Notes: generated by a model not told the origin, from the sequence alone. Positions 36,186 to 46,332 are shown, counted from the stretch's first letter. The stretch is DNA of 64,000 nucleotides from Fibrobacterales bacterium (GCA_051532035.1 JAOPTW010000008.1:128001-192000); one strand, 5' to 3'. Numbers and translations: made by a program.

Positions 36186-38846
36186 TTAACGCCCAACATC
36201 AGCGTGAAGAGCTTTAAGTAACTCTAGTATTTCTAAATCTAAGGGGAACTTTTCAGCCCCCTTTTTAAGATACATTAGTGCATCTTCAACAGCATTAAGC
36301 ATAATTGAAGCTTTGCCTAAATTCAAATAGAGATCTGCAGTATCACCCAAAATCAATCCAAAGAGCAATACCTGCCTGCAAAGTCGATACTCCTCAGCAT
36401 CAAAGAGGAGGCTCAGTACCTTCTCAGAGCTTATTAATTCACCATCACGAAGGGCAACGCCAATTCTCAACAAAGCAACTGCAAGAGGTTGATTATTTTT
36501 TTTGTTCCAGTAGTCTCCCAAGAATGAGCATGCTTTAATTTTTATTTGCTGATAATCAACAGGCACCAAAGTTGGCTGTTCCTGAAAATAAAAAAGATTC
36601 ACATACTGCACCACCGCAGATTCTATATCGCCAAGAGCAGTCAACACTTGTGCTTTTACAAGGATTGCTTCAACCATACTCGGCGTCTGCTCTAGCGCAG
36701 AATTAATAACACGTTCCGCTGTATTCAATTCACCAAGTTCCGCATAGCACGCAGCAATTTTGACAGGACACATTTCCCGAATATGCGGGTCTTCCCCGGT
36801 ACTATTTGCTCGTTCTAATGCTTTTTGATACCACTCCAATGCGACGGGGAAATCTTTCAAATCTTGATAGGCGCCCGCAATTGAATAGAGCTTCACCACT
36901 GTGACACTCTGAGGCTGATCTTCAATTTCCTGCTTCATGATATTCAAATTACGATGCTGTTTATCGACAACAATAGCATCATCAACGTACCCAGTATGAA
37001 TAACTTTTATGGTAGTAAACTCAACAGAAATTCTTTCTTGATCAAGTGCCGGAAGCACCTGTTCATGTACTTTACCCGTAAAGCGTATGCCCGGCTTATT
37101 AGGGAACACTCGTATCTGATTAAATACAGAACCGGTTTTTCCTCCGTCAGTACTATTTTTAACCATCACTCCATACGCTTTATCTGCAGTTCCAGATAAT
37201 AGCTGTTTAAGGCGCACTAGATCTTCAGGCAGTACAACATCATCCGCATCAAACCAGACAATCCACCGCCCTCGCGCTCCTTCGAGTGATACATTTCGAG
37301 CCTTTGCAAAATCACCTTCCCAAGGCGTAGATCGAAGCTCTCCACCAAACTCCTCAATTATTGCAGGAGTCCGATCACTACTTCCCGTATCAACAATGAT
37401 CAATTCATCCCACAACCCTTGTATCGAATTGAGTAAGTGAGGCAAGACCAACTCTTCATTTTTAACGATCATACAGACTGAAACATCGATACTCGAATCG
37501 GATGGAGTCGACTGTGATGATTTGGGGAACGTTTGTTGATAACGCCCCTGGGCATTGGCGAGGGAAACCCGATCCCCCTTTTGTTCATAAGCAATACAGA
37601 GTGCCTGCCATGCTGTCTCATCAGCCTTTGCATTTCGCTGAACCGCATCTTCGAGCCACCCGATCGCCTCATCAATTCTATTGCAACTCAAATGACTTTT
37701 CCCAAGGAATATTCGAGACTCAATTACTTCCGGATATTCATCTTTAAGACGTGTTGCCCATGCGATAACTCGATCAAATTTCTGCTGAGTAGTATAGAGT
37801 TTACACAGATGAAAGTAACTATACATTTTTATCACATCAAACTGGTTTGATGTGCCCGTATGTAACATATCCATACCAGCAACCTGAATTAAATAGGTCT
37901 CTGCAGTTGCAACATCATCCAATTTAAGATAGCTCTCTGCGAGATAGTAATAGGACTCTAACTTCTTAGGATTAAGCTCAATTCCTTTTAAAAACCACTC
38001 TTTTGCTGAATCAAAATCACCCTTCAATTGATATGAACGCCCAATGCACGAAGGAAGATCATTGTAGCAATCTGCATTTATCTCTCTACAATGGGGAATA
38101 GAAAAAGAGTGCTTATAGGCTACTATGCTTTTATCTAACTCACCAATTATTGCGTAAGAGTCTCCGAGTTGCATCGAGATAATAGGGTCTACATCAATAT
38201 CTTTATCATTCTCTAATAGATCTAGATTTCTCTGTGCTTTAAGCTTTTTTGTTTTCGGGTCTTCGTACCCTGTATGGTGAATCGTTGTTTCAGTAAAAAA
38301 AGAGTAAAGCCCCATCTGTGCCGCACTAAATACCACTTGTTCATGTACCGCGCGCTCAAAGCGTATCTTCGGATGCCTTGGAAACATCCTTGTTTGCATA
38401 AAGCGAGTACCGAGAGCAAGACCTGCCTGAGTGTTGATTACCTGAAACCCAAACATTCTATCCATGGGGGCAGTCTTCAATTTATTAAAATTAATAATCT
38501 GATCTGCTGGCACTCTATCATCTGCATCCATCCAGAGAATCCAGCTTTTTGTTGCAGCGTCTATACTCAAATTTCGTGAATAGCTGAAATCGCCAATCCA
38601 TTCAGATTGAATAACCGTAACCGGTAGTTGTTTAATAATTTCAAGAGTCCTGTCTGTTGAACCGGTATCATTTACTATAATCTCATCAGCAAAGGGAATA
38701 AAACTACGAATTGCCGCTTCAATATTTTCCTCTTCGTCCTTCACTATCATGCAGACCGAAAGAGTGTTGGGAGGGCCAAGGGGATTTAGCGGTTGTTGTA
38801 TCGTTCCAATCAACGCATTGACATCATTAGGATTAATACTCGGCAT
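36186..38846 (-). CDS. Tandem (GT2-TPR)x2 glycosyltransferase
   Basis: Two copies of SVCMIVK(D/N)EE...DTGS.D.T...DF...RN...W.DADD...HE...H.GY, each followed by TPRs. Confidence 0.9.
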   Translation of the reverse strand: MPSINPNDVNALIGTIQQPLNPLGPPNTLSVCMIVKDEEENIEAAIRSFIPFADEIIVNDTGSTDRTLEIIKQLPVTVIQSEWIGDFSYSRNLSIDAATKSWILWMDADDRVPADQIINFNKLKTAPMDRMFGFQVINTQAGLALGTRFMQTRMFPRHPKIRFERAVHEQVVFSAAQMGLYSFFTETTIHHTGYEDPKTKKLKAQRNLDLLENDKDIDVDPIISMQLGDSYAIIGELDKSIVAYKHSFSIPHCREINADCYNDLPSCIGRSYQLKGDFDSAKEWFLKGIELNPKKLESYYYLAESYLKLDDVATAETYLIQVAGMDMLHTGTSNQFDVIKMYSYFHLCKLYTTQQKFDRVIAWATRLKDEYPEVIESRIFLGKSHLSCNRIDEAIGWLEDAVQRNAKADETAWQALCIAYEQKGDRVSLANAQGRYQQTFPKSSQSTPSDSSIDVSVCMIVKNEELVLPHLLNSIQGLWDELIIVDTGSSDRTPAIIEEFGGELRSTPWEGDFAKARNVSLEGARGRWIVWFDADDVVLPEDLVRLKQLLSGTADKAYGVMVKNSTDGGKTGSVFNQIRVFPNKPGIRFTGKVHEQVLPALDQERISVEFTTIKVIHTGYVDDAIVVDKQHRNLNIMKQEIEDQPQSVTVVKLYSIAGAYQDLKDFPVALEWYQKALERANSTGEDPHIREMCPVKIAACYAELGELNTAERVINSALEQTPSMVEAILVKAQVLTALGDIESAVVQYVNLFYFQEQPTLVPVDYQQIKIKACSFLGDYWNKKNNQPLAVALLRIGVALRDGELISSEKVLSLLFDAEEYRLCRQVLLFGLILGDTADLYLNLGKASIMLNAVEDALMYLKKGAEKFPLDLEILELLKALHADVGR

Positions 38847-40332
38847 AGAGTCCTTTTATTCGATTAATAATTTGTTCTTTTCTCACTGGTTCAATAGGAA
38901 TATACTTAAGACGATCCAACACGAAGGAACTATTTTTAAGGCTCTCTATTGTGTCGAGCAAGTTTTCTATACAGCCATCATTATAACCCAACTGTAACGA
39001 AGTAAGAAAACAATGTTGCGCATCTCGAATATTCCCCTGTTGATAGAGAACTATTCCATATTCATTGACAAAAACTGTATTGGTGGCATCTCGCTGAAGC
39101 AGACGTTTATACTCTGTACAGGCTTGATCTAATTGACCTACCCCAAGTAACATCCGAGCGAAAGTATGTTCATGGCTACTAACCGAAGGAACACAGTGGT
39201 ACTTTTGCACAAAGGCCTGAGCGATGTCATACTTTTTAAGGGCCACTAATACTTCGACATAAGCCCAAGGATCAAAAGTAACTGACCCATGGGCCTCAAT
39301 TACTTTTTCAAACAACTCGCACGCTGTATCAAATGTATTAGCATCTTTATACCCAAGCCCAAGAGCCGTAAGACTATTAATATAGAGAGCATTACTCGAC
39401 TGTGCAATAGTACCTACTGTCCGTTCTTGCTCTAAACCATTGACAACTTGAGTATACAATACTCGTGCACCATCCCAATTTCCACGCCCCATAAGTATTC
39501 GAGCCAACTTGTAGTGTGCGGTATAGGCTGTAGGATTTAAACTCGTTGAAATATCGAACCACTTCTCAGCCATATCCATTTCCGCTAACACCTCATAGGT
39601 ATTAGCGATAAGGAGTGGAAGCGTCACATATGCATGAGTATTTTTTTCACCCAACGGATTGTGATACCCTGTTTCATATACCCTGAGGGCATCTCGATAC
39701 TCACCTTTTTGATAGAGCGCATTACCATATTCCATAACCACATAAAGATCATCACTCTTTTTGGCATACTCTTTTTTAAGAAGTTGATAATTACGTTCAG
39801 TTTTTTCAGCACGCTTTTCTGCAGTCAAATATCCACGGTGTTCTATAACAAAATTACTCTCTTCAATAGGAACATTAGTTGCAATACATGAAGACCGGAG
39901 TTCCTCATGAATAGCCCCTTTAAACTGTACCCCTCTCCCATTGGGAATAATACGTAACTGTCGAAACTTTTCTGATTCAACAGCACCTTCACGTGGATTT
40001 TCAACAATAGCTGTATAGGCTCTATCCCCTGCAACTTCACACATCTGTTTGAGAACTGTAATAGAGTTCTCTGAGAGCCGATCATCAGCATCAAGCCACA
40101 ATATTGTTGGCTGGGTCGCAAGACTCAGGGAATAGTTTCTTGCAAGAGAAAAGTTATCACACCATTCAAAGTGATGAAGCATCCCAACAGACTTCTTTAT
40201 AATAGAGATGGTATCGTCGGTTGAGCCAGTATCAACAATACAAAGTTCGCAATTAAGGCTCATTAATTCAGGCAACAACTGAGCCAGATTTTCTGCTTCA
40301 TTTCTTACGATCATACAAATTGAGAGATCCAT
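38833..40332 (-). CDS. GT2-TPR glycosyltransferase
   Basis: LSICMIVRNEA, DTGSTDDT, NFSLARN, WLDADD, IHE, HRGY, then TPRs. Confidence 0.9.
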   Translation of the reverse strand: MDLSICMIVRNEAENLAQLLPELMSLNCELCIVDTGSTDDTISIIKKSVGMLHHFEWCDNFSLARNYSLSLATQPTILWLDADDRLSENSITVLKQMCEVAGDRAYTAIVENPREGAVESEKFRQLRIIPNGRGVQFKGAIHEELRSSCIATNVPIEESNFVIEHRGYLTAEKRAEKTERNYQLLKKEYAKKSDDLYVVMEYGNALYQKGEYRDALRVYETGYHNPLGEKNTHAYVTLPLLIANTYEVLAEMDMAEKWFDISTSLNPTAYTAHYKLARILMGRGNWDGARVLYTQVVNGLEQERTVGTIAQSSNALYINSLTALGLGYKDANTFDTACELFEKVIEAHGSVTFDPWAYVEVLVALKKYDIAQAFVQKYHCVPSVSSHEHTFARMLLGVGQLDQACTEYKRLLQRDATNTVFVNEYGIVLYQQGNIRDAQHCFLTSLQLGYNDGCIENLLDTIESLKNSSFVLDRLKYIPIEPVRKEQIINRIKGLYAEY

Positions 40333-40351
40333 ACCTCGTGACCTCTTTTTA

Positions 40352-41404
40352 TTACTGAGTAAGCTCAGTCAATACCGATTGAAGATGAGGGTGCTGTTTT
40401 ATAGCTGCCTGTAAAAGTACTACTACTTCATTCTCTACACCAATAGACTTGGCAGCATCATACAGGTTAAAGTAGTAGTCGCTCACAGAAGCATTCCGCT
40501 GTATCGCATCGATAAAGTATATATATGCTTTTTGTGCATCCCCTAAATAGAAGTAGTATATCCCATAGAGGTTATAGGTCATGTCAGTGGCACGTCCTTG
40601 AGTAAAAATAGTATCAAGCATCCCCTGGACCACATTGGTCTGTCCATCAGCCAAAAAGGCCTGTATCTGTTTGTGCACCGCATCAACATCAACCCCTTCA
40701 ACCATATTAGCTGCGGTAATAATTTCTGTAGACCCATTCTCTATGACGAGCGCAAATTCCTTTATAAAGTAGGAGCGCCTCTGTTCTGGGTCATTTGGGA
40801 GCATTACTTGACAATCGATCCCATTGACTTTTTGCCAACGTGTATACTGCTCATTATAAAACAACGAATCCACTACTGGTTCAATATTCTTAAGGGTAAG
40901 TTCGCATTTCGAAATCATCGACTCAACTTCGCCCTGAGTGTAACTCATCCCTTTTGGTGGATGAACAGGCCAAGGAAGAAGCTCTCGAGTACTCTTATCG
41001 ATAAGCCGTTGATAATAAAAACGATTCTCTACCGTTGCGTAAATTACTCCTTGAGCAGTAAGAAGTGAGTGTATTTTCTTTAAAAACCCTACCCCATCTT
41101 CAACATAATTTAATTGAGGCCCCAACACTACCGCATCACATTTAAAATCGATTTGTGCAGTCCATTCACTATAGATCGATGTCGATGCAACCGAGCACTG
41201 GCTCGGAAAGTTACCATCATCTGGATAATTGAAAAGAAGATTATTCACCCGCCAACCTTTAGCAGACAGATCGACACAATCCCCTTGAGACCCATCAATA
41301 ATCAACAGCATATTTTGAGAGGGAGTTACCGGGCGCCCTAACGCAGCTGTTATACCCGTCTCCATATAGTGCATGCTTAGTGTTAAAGAAGTATCCTCAA
41401 TCAT
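40352..41404 (-). CDS. Degenerate methyltransferase-like domain plus TPR module
   Basis: DAVVL...LNYVED...LKKIHSLLTAQGVIYATVEN resembles the C-terminal half of a class I MTase, but no clear GxGxG motif; C-terminal TPRs. Confidence 0.55.
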   Translation of the reverse strand: MIEDTSLTLSMHYMETGITAALGRPVTPSQNMLLIIDGSQGDCVDLSAKGWRVNNLLFNYPDDGNFPSQCSVASTSIYSEWTAQIDFKCDAVVLGPQLNYVEDGVGFLKKIHSLLTAQGVIYATVENRFYYQRLIDKSTRELLPWPVHPPKGMSYTQGEVESMISKCELTLKNIEPVVDSLFYNEQYTRWQKVNGIDCQVMLPNDPEQRRSYFIKEFALVIENGSTEIITAANMVEGVDVDAVHKQIQAFLADGQTNVVQGMLDTIFTQGRATDMTYNLYGIYYFYLGDAQKAYIYFIDAIQRNASVSDYYFNLYDAAKSIGVENEVVVLLQAAIKQHPHLQSVLTELTQ

Positions 41405-41415
41405 TATTGCCCCTT

Positions 41416-44400
41416 TTAGCCAATTGTCTCAGCTACTTGTTGTAATGACGGATCGAGAGTCACCGCTGTTTGAAGCACCTCTCTCACTTCTGCTTCACGT
41501 CCAATTTTTAACGCAGCATCCCATAAATTCAAAAGACTATCTTGGTCAAGAGGCTTGAGTTCTACTGCTCGAGAGATTAATTTAAAAGCATCCTGATAGT
41601 TCCCCCAATAGTAGGCGATAATTCCCAGTCCATTGTAACAATCTATGTTATCGGGCTCTTGGTCCAACACCTCAGTAAAGAGCAACACTGCAGCTTCATA
41701 CTCCTCAGACTCTACCAGTTTTTTAGCAGCGGTAACCTTATCTTGTAATGGATTTTCTACCGCATCAAAGTACACCGCTAACCGTGAAGGTCGTTGACCA
41801 CTGCGAAGCTCTTGTTTAATACTTAAGAGGTCTTTATTTGTGGGTGCTACTGCGAGGGCTTTATCAAGATATCTCTCAAATTCTGTTTCTCGCTCTATCA
41901 GTAGAGAGCAGTCATACATATTCATTACAGCATCCGTATACCAAATATTTATCTCAAGAGACTCCTTAAAGTACTCCCATGCACTCTCTTTACTACCACC
42001 ATACCAAAGAATCAGACCTTTATTATTAAGAGCCCGATAATTATGGGGTTCTTTTTCTAAGATTTCATCTACAGTACTCTCGGCCTTTTCAAGCATGCCT
42101 TCACGAATTAATGTCTCAACTCCAATGTTCATCTCACGGTAGTATATGAGACTTTGAGGATCAACGCTTTCGTTCTTAAGAGATTTAATCTCTTCGTAAC
42201 AACGACGTACCGTATCAAGTTCTGGTTTCATTGCAAGGCCATACTCTAATATTTCAACCAAGCGTCCCCATAATTTCAATCGCAGTCCTGCATCATAAAG
42301 ATTCAGTAATGTATCTTCATCAGTAGGGTTATACGAAAGCGCTTTGTCAAAATATTTAAATGCTTCATCATAAATCCCACGATAATACGCTTGAACTCCA
42401 TACAAATTATAGAGTTCGAAACCCGACTCACCCTGGGCGCGTTTCTGGTCCAAGAGAGCTGTTGCCTTCACAAACTCATGGGCCTCTATAAGGGCTTCAA
42501 TCTTTTCAACCCAAGCTCCATCAAGTACATCACTTTCATTGATATGTATCTCTGCTAAGAGGTCGGTAAATGCTTTTTGGTGCGGATATTTACGGGCAAA
42601 TACTTGGAGCACATTCACCATATCTTGAGCTGTTGAATGTTCACGCAAAAAATCGGTAATCGCTAAGGCAATTGCAGAGTTGTCAGGATCAAATTCAAGG
42701 CCCCTACAGAAGAATGTATAGCCGTCCATTGGGTGATTACGCTCTATTGCTGTCAATCCCAGTCCAAAATAGATTTCGGAATCTCGATCATTCTGAGCAA
42801 GCTTCTCAAGAAACAGTCTACTTGCCTCCTCATAGTTACCGCTCCGTAGGGCAATCCATGCAGAATCGTGAAGATGTTTCTCTTCTGCACTCCTCTCTTG
42901 AGTATTCTCTCCATGCACAACAGGGAGAGTCACACCTGGAAGCTGAACCCGATTATGAGAAAGTGTTGCCCTTCCCTCTTTCCACTTTTCATCAAAGAGC
43001 TTCTGATTTTTAATCATCAACTCATTCCAGTCGCAATCCGCTTGACCAAAACTTACGCTTCCATAATGGAATATAAAACTGTCATCAGCAACTAATAATT
43101 TTTTACCACTATAGAGCACTCGACATGAATAATCATCATCTTCAAAGTTACCAAAACCAAACTGCTCATCAAAATAGCCAATCTCAGAAACGGTTTCTTT
43201 CGCCATGAGCATACAAAAACCCTTAATGCGAGTAAACTCCCAGGCAGCACACTCATTTGCCTGTTGATACTGATCGATATAACTCGGAATCGCTGCCACC
43301 GAGTCATACATAAAGCCTTCGACCATTTGTGGCCCTGCAATTGCGTTAGAACGCGGTGCCACGATACCGGCCCCAGGGTGATTCTCTGCTGCACGCACTA
43401 GGTTTTCTATACTTCCTGGCCCAACGATTGTGTCATTATTAAAAATGAGCAGATAGTCACCAGTAGCTCGATCAATTCCCTGATTCCAACCAGCTGCAAC
43501 ACCTCTGTTCTCACTGTTATTAATCACAATAGCACCGGGTATTGAGTTAAAATACTCTTGAGTACCATCAGTTGAACCATTATTAACCAAAACCAGTTCA
43601 TACTGCTGAGTGGTATACTTTTGAATCGACTCAATACACTGCTTCGTATACTCCATTTTATTTAATGCGAGCATAACGATGGAAACTTTTTTATGTAATG
43701 AATACTCTCGTCTACAAGGAGCTGTGGTAACAATAATTTTCTCAGCTGTTGCATAGAGTATTTCTTCTCTCGTAAAACTTTCCGTTTTACTTATAACTGA
43801 AGCATACGACGCATCGATATCTACAGGATCACACTCATACGGATCAATTGATTCAATAGTCAAACCTGCCAATTGCGCTTCGCGAATCACATCAATCGGC
43901 TGTACTCCTTTTTGAGTAAACCCCTCTCGATCTCTACTTTGAAACATACTGTTGTCAAATATAAAAGCAGCACATTGAAAGTCATCACCTTGATATTTTT
44001 TTAAAATGTTAGAAAGAAGGCGTATATCACTTACAGAAAGCCGATACACAATAAGTTTCGCATGAGTAGGATCCATCTCTTTACCGGTCAGATCAAGAAA
44101 TTGACCCTTCCCATAAAAACAGACAGATCGACATTTCTGAACCAGCACTTCTACCTGATGAGGGAGGCCTGTAGGGATGTCTAATCTATGCTCCTCTTCT
44201 ACCTGAGATGCATCACTTTTTTCTTTGGGCGCCTCAAGTTCACTATCAATTGAGTGAGTCGCATGTAATACCAAATCAGAATACTGTTCTATAGTACAGC
44301 TTTCTAGTACCGTTTCGGGAATTAAAAAATAATTAAGATCAAGCTGTGAAATAGGCTGCTCAAAAGCAAGGTGTGATGCCTGTGGTTCTATAACAATCCC

Positions 44401-45633
44401 CGCATTCACATCCAGTAACCGACCTGAAAGGGCTTTACCCAGAGTGGTACGTTTGGCAAGAGCACTAAATTGGAGGTGTGGAATAGTCACCCCTCCAACA
44501 AGAAAAAGAATTGCATCACTCGCAAACCATCGACGAGCCCGTTTTAACACCTCTGCAAATGGTGCTTCTGATGATATATTCCATTCAAACACATCTTTAG
44601 AAATAAAAGATTGGGTCATAACCAATCCTGCACTATTTGCAACAACGATATCATCAGGAGAAACACCGAGTTCAAAGAGCGCATCAATACTCTGTTCAAT
44701 AGCTTTTCTACTTGTCGTTGACTCTTTCGTCATAATACAATAGGCAATACTCATAGAACGTTCCTTCTCTAACTCTTGAGGCTCACTCATCTGTACCGCG
44801 GCCTCACCATCTATCTCTTCTTCCAACTCAAACCAATCTATTTCCCACAAGTCCCACGACGATGGTACTTTTTCTTTTGTTTCATAGTGCTCAATCAGTT
44901 TTTTAGTAAATACTTTTCGTGATTGCTCTTTCATTTGTTCAACACGCTCAGAAGGCGTTGCATTAAAAGAGACTTGTCCTTTATGATACACAAAGGCATC
45001 ATATACGGCAATAAGTTGTTTTCCCATAAGAGAGAGGCGCCAACTTAAATCAAGGTCATCCATTCCAAGAATGAGTGCACGATCCATACCACCAATATCG
45101 TTAAACAACTGGGTACGAAGCATAACACAAAAACCAATGAGTAATTTCACCTCTTTGGCCTGCCCTTTTAATGTCTTTGTTAACTCAGCTGCAACTACTT
45201 CTTTTTGGAGGGCATCATTCGCATCACCCATTGTTTGTTGGTTATATACATACCGGAGGTTCTGCCACCCTGCAGCAAAATTTGAGAGTGGCCCTACCGC
45301 ACCAACCTGCTTTGATTGTCGCAGTGGTTCAGCCAACGCCTCTAATGAACCACAAGTGAGTTGCGTATCGGGATTTAAAAAGAGTACAAACTCACCTTCA
45401 GCCCGAGCTGCTCCTTGATTACACCCTTCAGCGAACCCTACATTGTTTTTATTAAGAAGTAGCTCTACACCAGTCTCACGTTGTAAGACTTCAGCCGTAG
45501 CATCAGTAGAATCATTATCGACCACAATAATTTGAACGCCAGCATTGGTATAGTGCTGACGTATAGATTGTAGGCAGTGAATGATTTCGTTTTGACAGTT
45601 ATAGGTTACAATAACTATTGAGTACTGCATCAT
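41416..45633 (-). CDS. Multidomain glycosyltransferase (GT2, divergent middle region, GT2, TPR repeats)
   Basis: SIVIVTYN...DNDSTD...NVGFAEGCNQG...LNPD and SIVMLALN...NNGSTD...NRGVAAGWNQG...NND...GNFEDDD; many TPRs. Confidence 0.9.
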   Translation of the reverse strand: MMQYSIVIVTYNCQNEIIHCLQSIRQHYTNAGVQIIVVDNDSTDATAEVLQRETGVELLLNKNNVGFAEGCNQGAARAEGEFVLFLNPDTQLTCGSLEALAEPLRQSKQVGAVGPLSNFAAGWQNLRYVYNQQTMGDANDALQKEVVAAELTKTLKGQAKEVKLLIGFCVMLRTQLFNDIGGMDRALILGMDDLDLSWRLSLMGKQLIAVYDAFVYHKGQVSFNATPSERVEQMKEQSRKVFTKKLIEHYETKEKVPSSWDLWEIDWFELEEEIDGEAAVQMSEPQELEKERSMSIAYCIMTKESTTSRKAIEQSIDALFELGVSPDDIVVANSAGLVMTQSFISKDVFEWNISSEAPFAEVLKRARRWFASDAILFLVGGVTIPHLQFSALAKRTTLGKALSGRLLDVNAGIVIEPQASHLAFEQPISQLDLNYFLIPETVLESCTIEQYSDLVLHATHSIDSELEAPKEKSDASQVEEEHRLDIPTGLPHQVEVLVQKCRSVCFYGKGQFLDLTGKEMDPTHAKLIVYRLSVSDIRLLSNILKKYQGDDFQCAAFIFDNSMFQSRDREGFTQKGVQPIDVIREAQLAGLTIESIDPYECDPVDIDASYASVISKTESFTREEILYATAEKIIVTTAPCRREYSLHKKVSIVMLALNKMEYTKQCIESIQKYTTQQYELVLVNNGSTDGTQEYFNSIPGAIVINNSENRGVAAGWNQGIDRATGDYLLIFNNDTIVGPGSIENLVRAAENHPGAGIVAPRSNAIAGPQMVEGFMYDSVAAIPSYIDQYQQANECAAWEFTRIKGFCMLMAKETVSEIGYFDEQFGFGNFEDDDYSCRVLYSGKKLLVADDSFIFHYGSVSFGQADCDWNELMIKNQKLFDEKWKEGRATLSHNRVQLPGVTLPVVHGENTQERSAEEKHLHDSAWIALRSGNYEEASRLFLEKLAQNDRDSEIYFGLGLTAIERNHPMDGYTFFCRGLEFDPDNSAIALAITDFLREHSTAQDMVNVLQVFARKYPHQKAFTDLLAEIHINESDVLDGAWVEKIEALIEAHEFVKATALLDQKRAQGESGFELYNLYGVQAYYRGIYDEAFKYFDKALSYNPTDEDTLLNLYDAGLRLKLWGRLVEILEYGLAMKPELDTVRRCYEEIKSLKNESVDPQSLIYYREMNIGVETLIREGMLEKAESTVDEILEKEPHNYRALNNKGLILWYGGSKESAWEYFKESLEINIWYTDAVMNMYDCSLLIERETEFERYLDKALAVAPTNKDLLSIKQELRSGQRPSRLAVYFDAVENPLQDKVTAAKKLVESEEYEAAVLLFTEVLDQEPDNIDCYNGLGIIAYYWGNYQDAFKLISRAVELKPLDQDSLLNLWDAALKIGREAEVREVLQTAVTLDPSLQQVAETIG

Positions 45634-45677
45634 TTATAATCCGATCATAAGACTATATGTTAAAACAATATAACATA

Positions 45678-46088
45678 TTATCGTTCTGCAACGAGAAGCT
45701 TACTCATTAATTCATTTTTAATCATAGCAGCTATTCTATCGGCAATCTCCCCCTCACTATTCGACACACTCTGTTCAGGGGTAACTGCAACTGCAGACTT
45801 ACCATTTTTCATTTCAAAATAGAGTGCACGCTTTGCCCCAGCGATAGAGTATCCATCACGTTTTAACATCGCATAAACCTTCTTAAGTTTATCAAGAGCA
45901 TTTTCGTCATAACGACGTTGTCTTCCATTCGTTCTATTTGATGAAAGAAAAAAAGCAAACTCTTTCTCCCAATAGCGAATAGTGTGTGCAGCTACACCTA
46001 TTATTTTTGCTGCTTCACCGATACTTACTTTGATGTCTTCTACACCAAATTCACTCGGATCCAAAAACTCGTCATGTTGATTATACAT
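45678..46088 (-). CDS. MerR-family HTH transcriptional regulator
   Basis: SIGEAAKIIGVAAHTIRYWEKEF...GRQRRY...GYSIAGAK; GGAGG SD. Confidence 0.9.
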   Translation of the reverse strand: MYNQHDEFLDPSEFGVEDIKVSIGEAAKIIGVAAHTIRYWEKEFAFFLSSNRTNGRQRRYDENALDKLKKVYAMLKRDGYSIAGAKRALYFEMKNGKSAVAVTPEQSVSNSEGEIADRIAAMIKNELMSKLLVAER

Positions 46089-46119
46089 AGTGCCTCCATA
46101 TGTTCTTAATCAAACTTAA

Positions 46120-46136
46120 AGCAAAACTGATGCCAA
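46120..46136 (-). promoter_or_regulatory. Sigma-54 (-24/-12) promoter
   Basis: Minus strand TTGGCATCAGTTTTGCT: GG-N10-GC spacing with TGGCA and TTGC cores, about 30 nt upstream of the MerR start. Confidence 0.8.
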
Positions 46137-46217
46137 AACCAAAACTGGCATTTAGAGCCAGATTAAAGGCATTTTACTCTATTCTACCTTATATCAACGG
46201 AAAATTAGGGGCCTAAT

Positions 46218-46260
46218 TTTATCTTTTTAGGGAAGGATTTTCCTTCCCTAAAAAGATAAA
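46218..46260. repeat. Perfect 20-bp inverted repeat
   Basis: TTTATCTTTTTAGGGAAGGA-TTT-TCCTTCCCTAAAAAGATAAA. Confidence 0.95.
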
Positions 46261-46288
46261 GGGACACAAAATGCGTCCCTTTATTTTC
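46250..46288 (-). terminator. Intrinsic terminator of the chemoreceptor gene
   Basis: Minus strand AAAGGGACGCA-TTT-TGTGTCCCTTT-ATCTTTTT. Confidence 0.65.
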
Positions 46289-46332
46289 AATATATACACT
46301 ATATCTTGTGAAAACTTGCAACCGAACTCTTC

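Noticed and set aside
36186..45633. O-antigen or capsule locus
   Set aside because: No flippase, polymerase, chain-length, ABC-export or nucleotide-sugar genes. All GTs are soluble TPR fusions. It is not fully excluded if those genes lie elsewhere.
46144..46162. Second, plus-strand sigma-54 site (CTGGCATTTAGAGCC)
   Set aside because: The GC is not at GG-N10-GC spacing and there is no downstream plus-strand gene.
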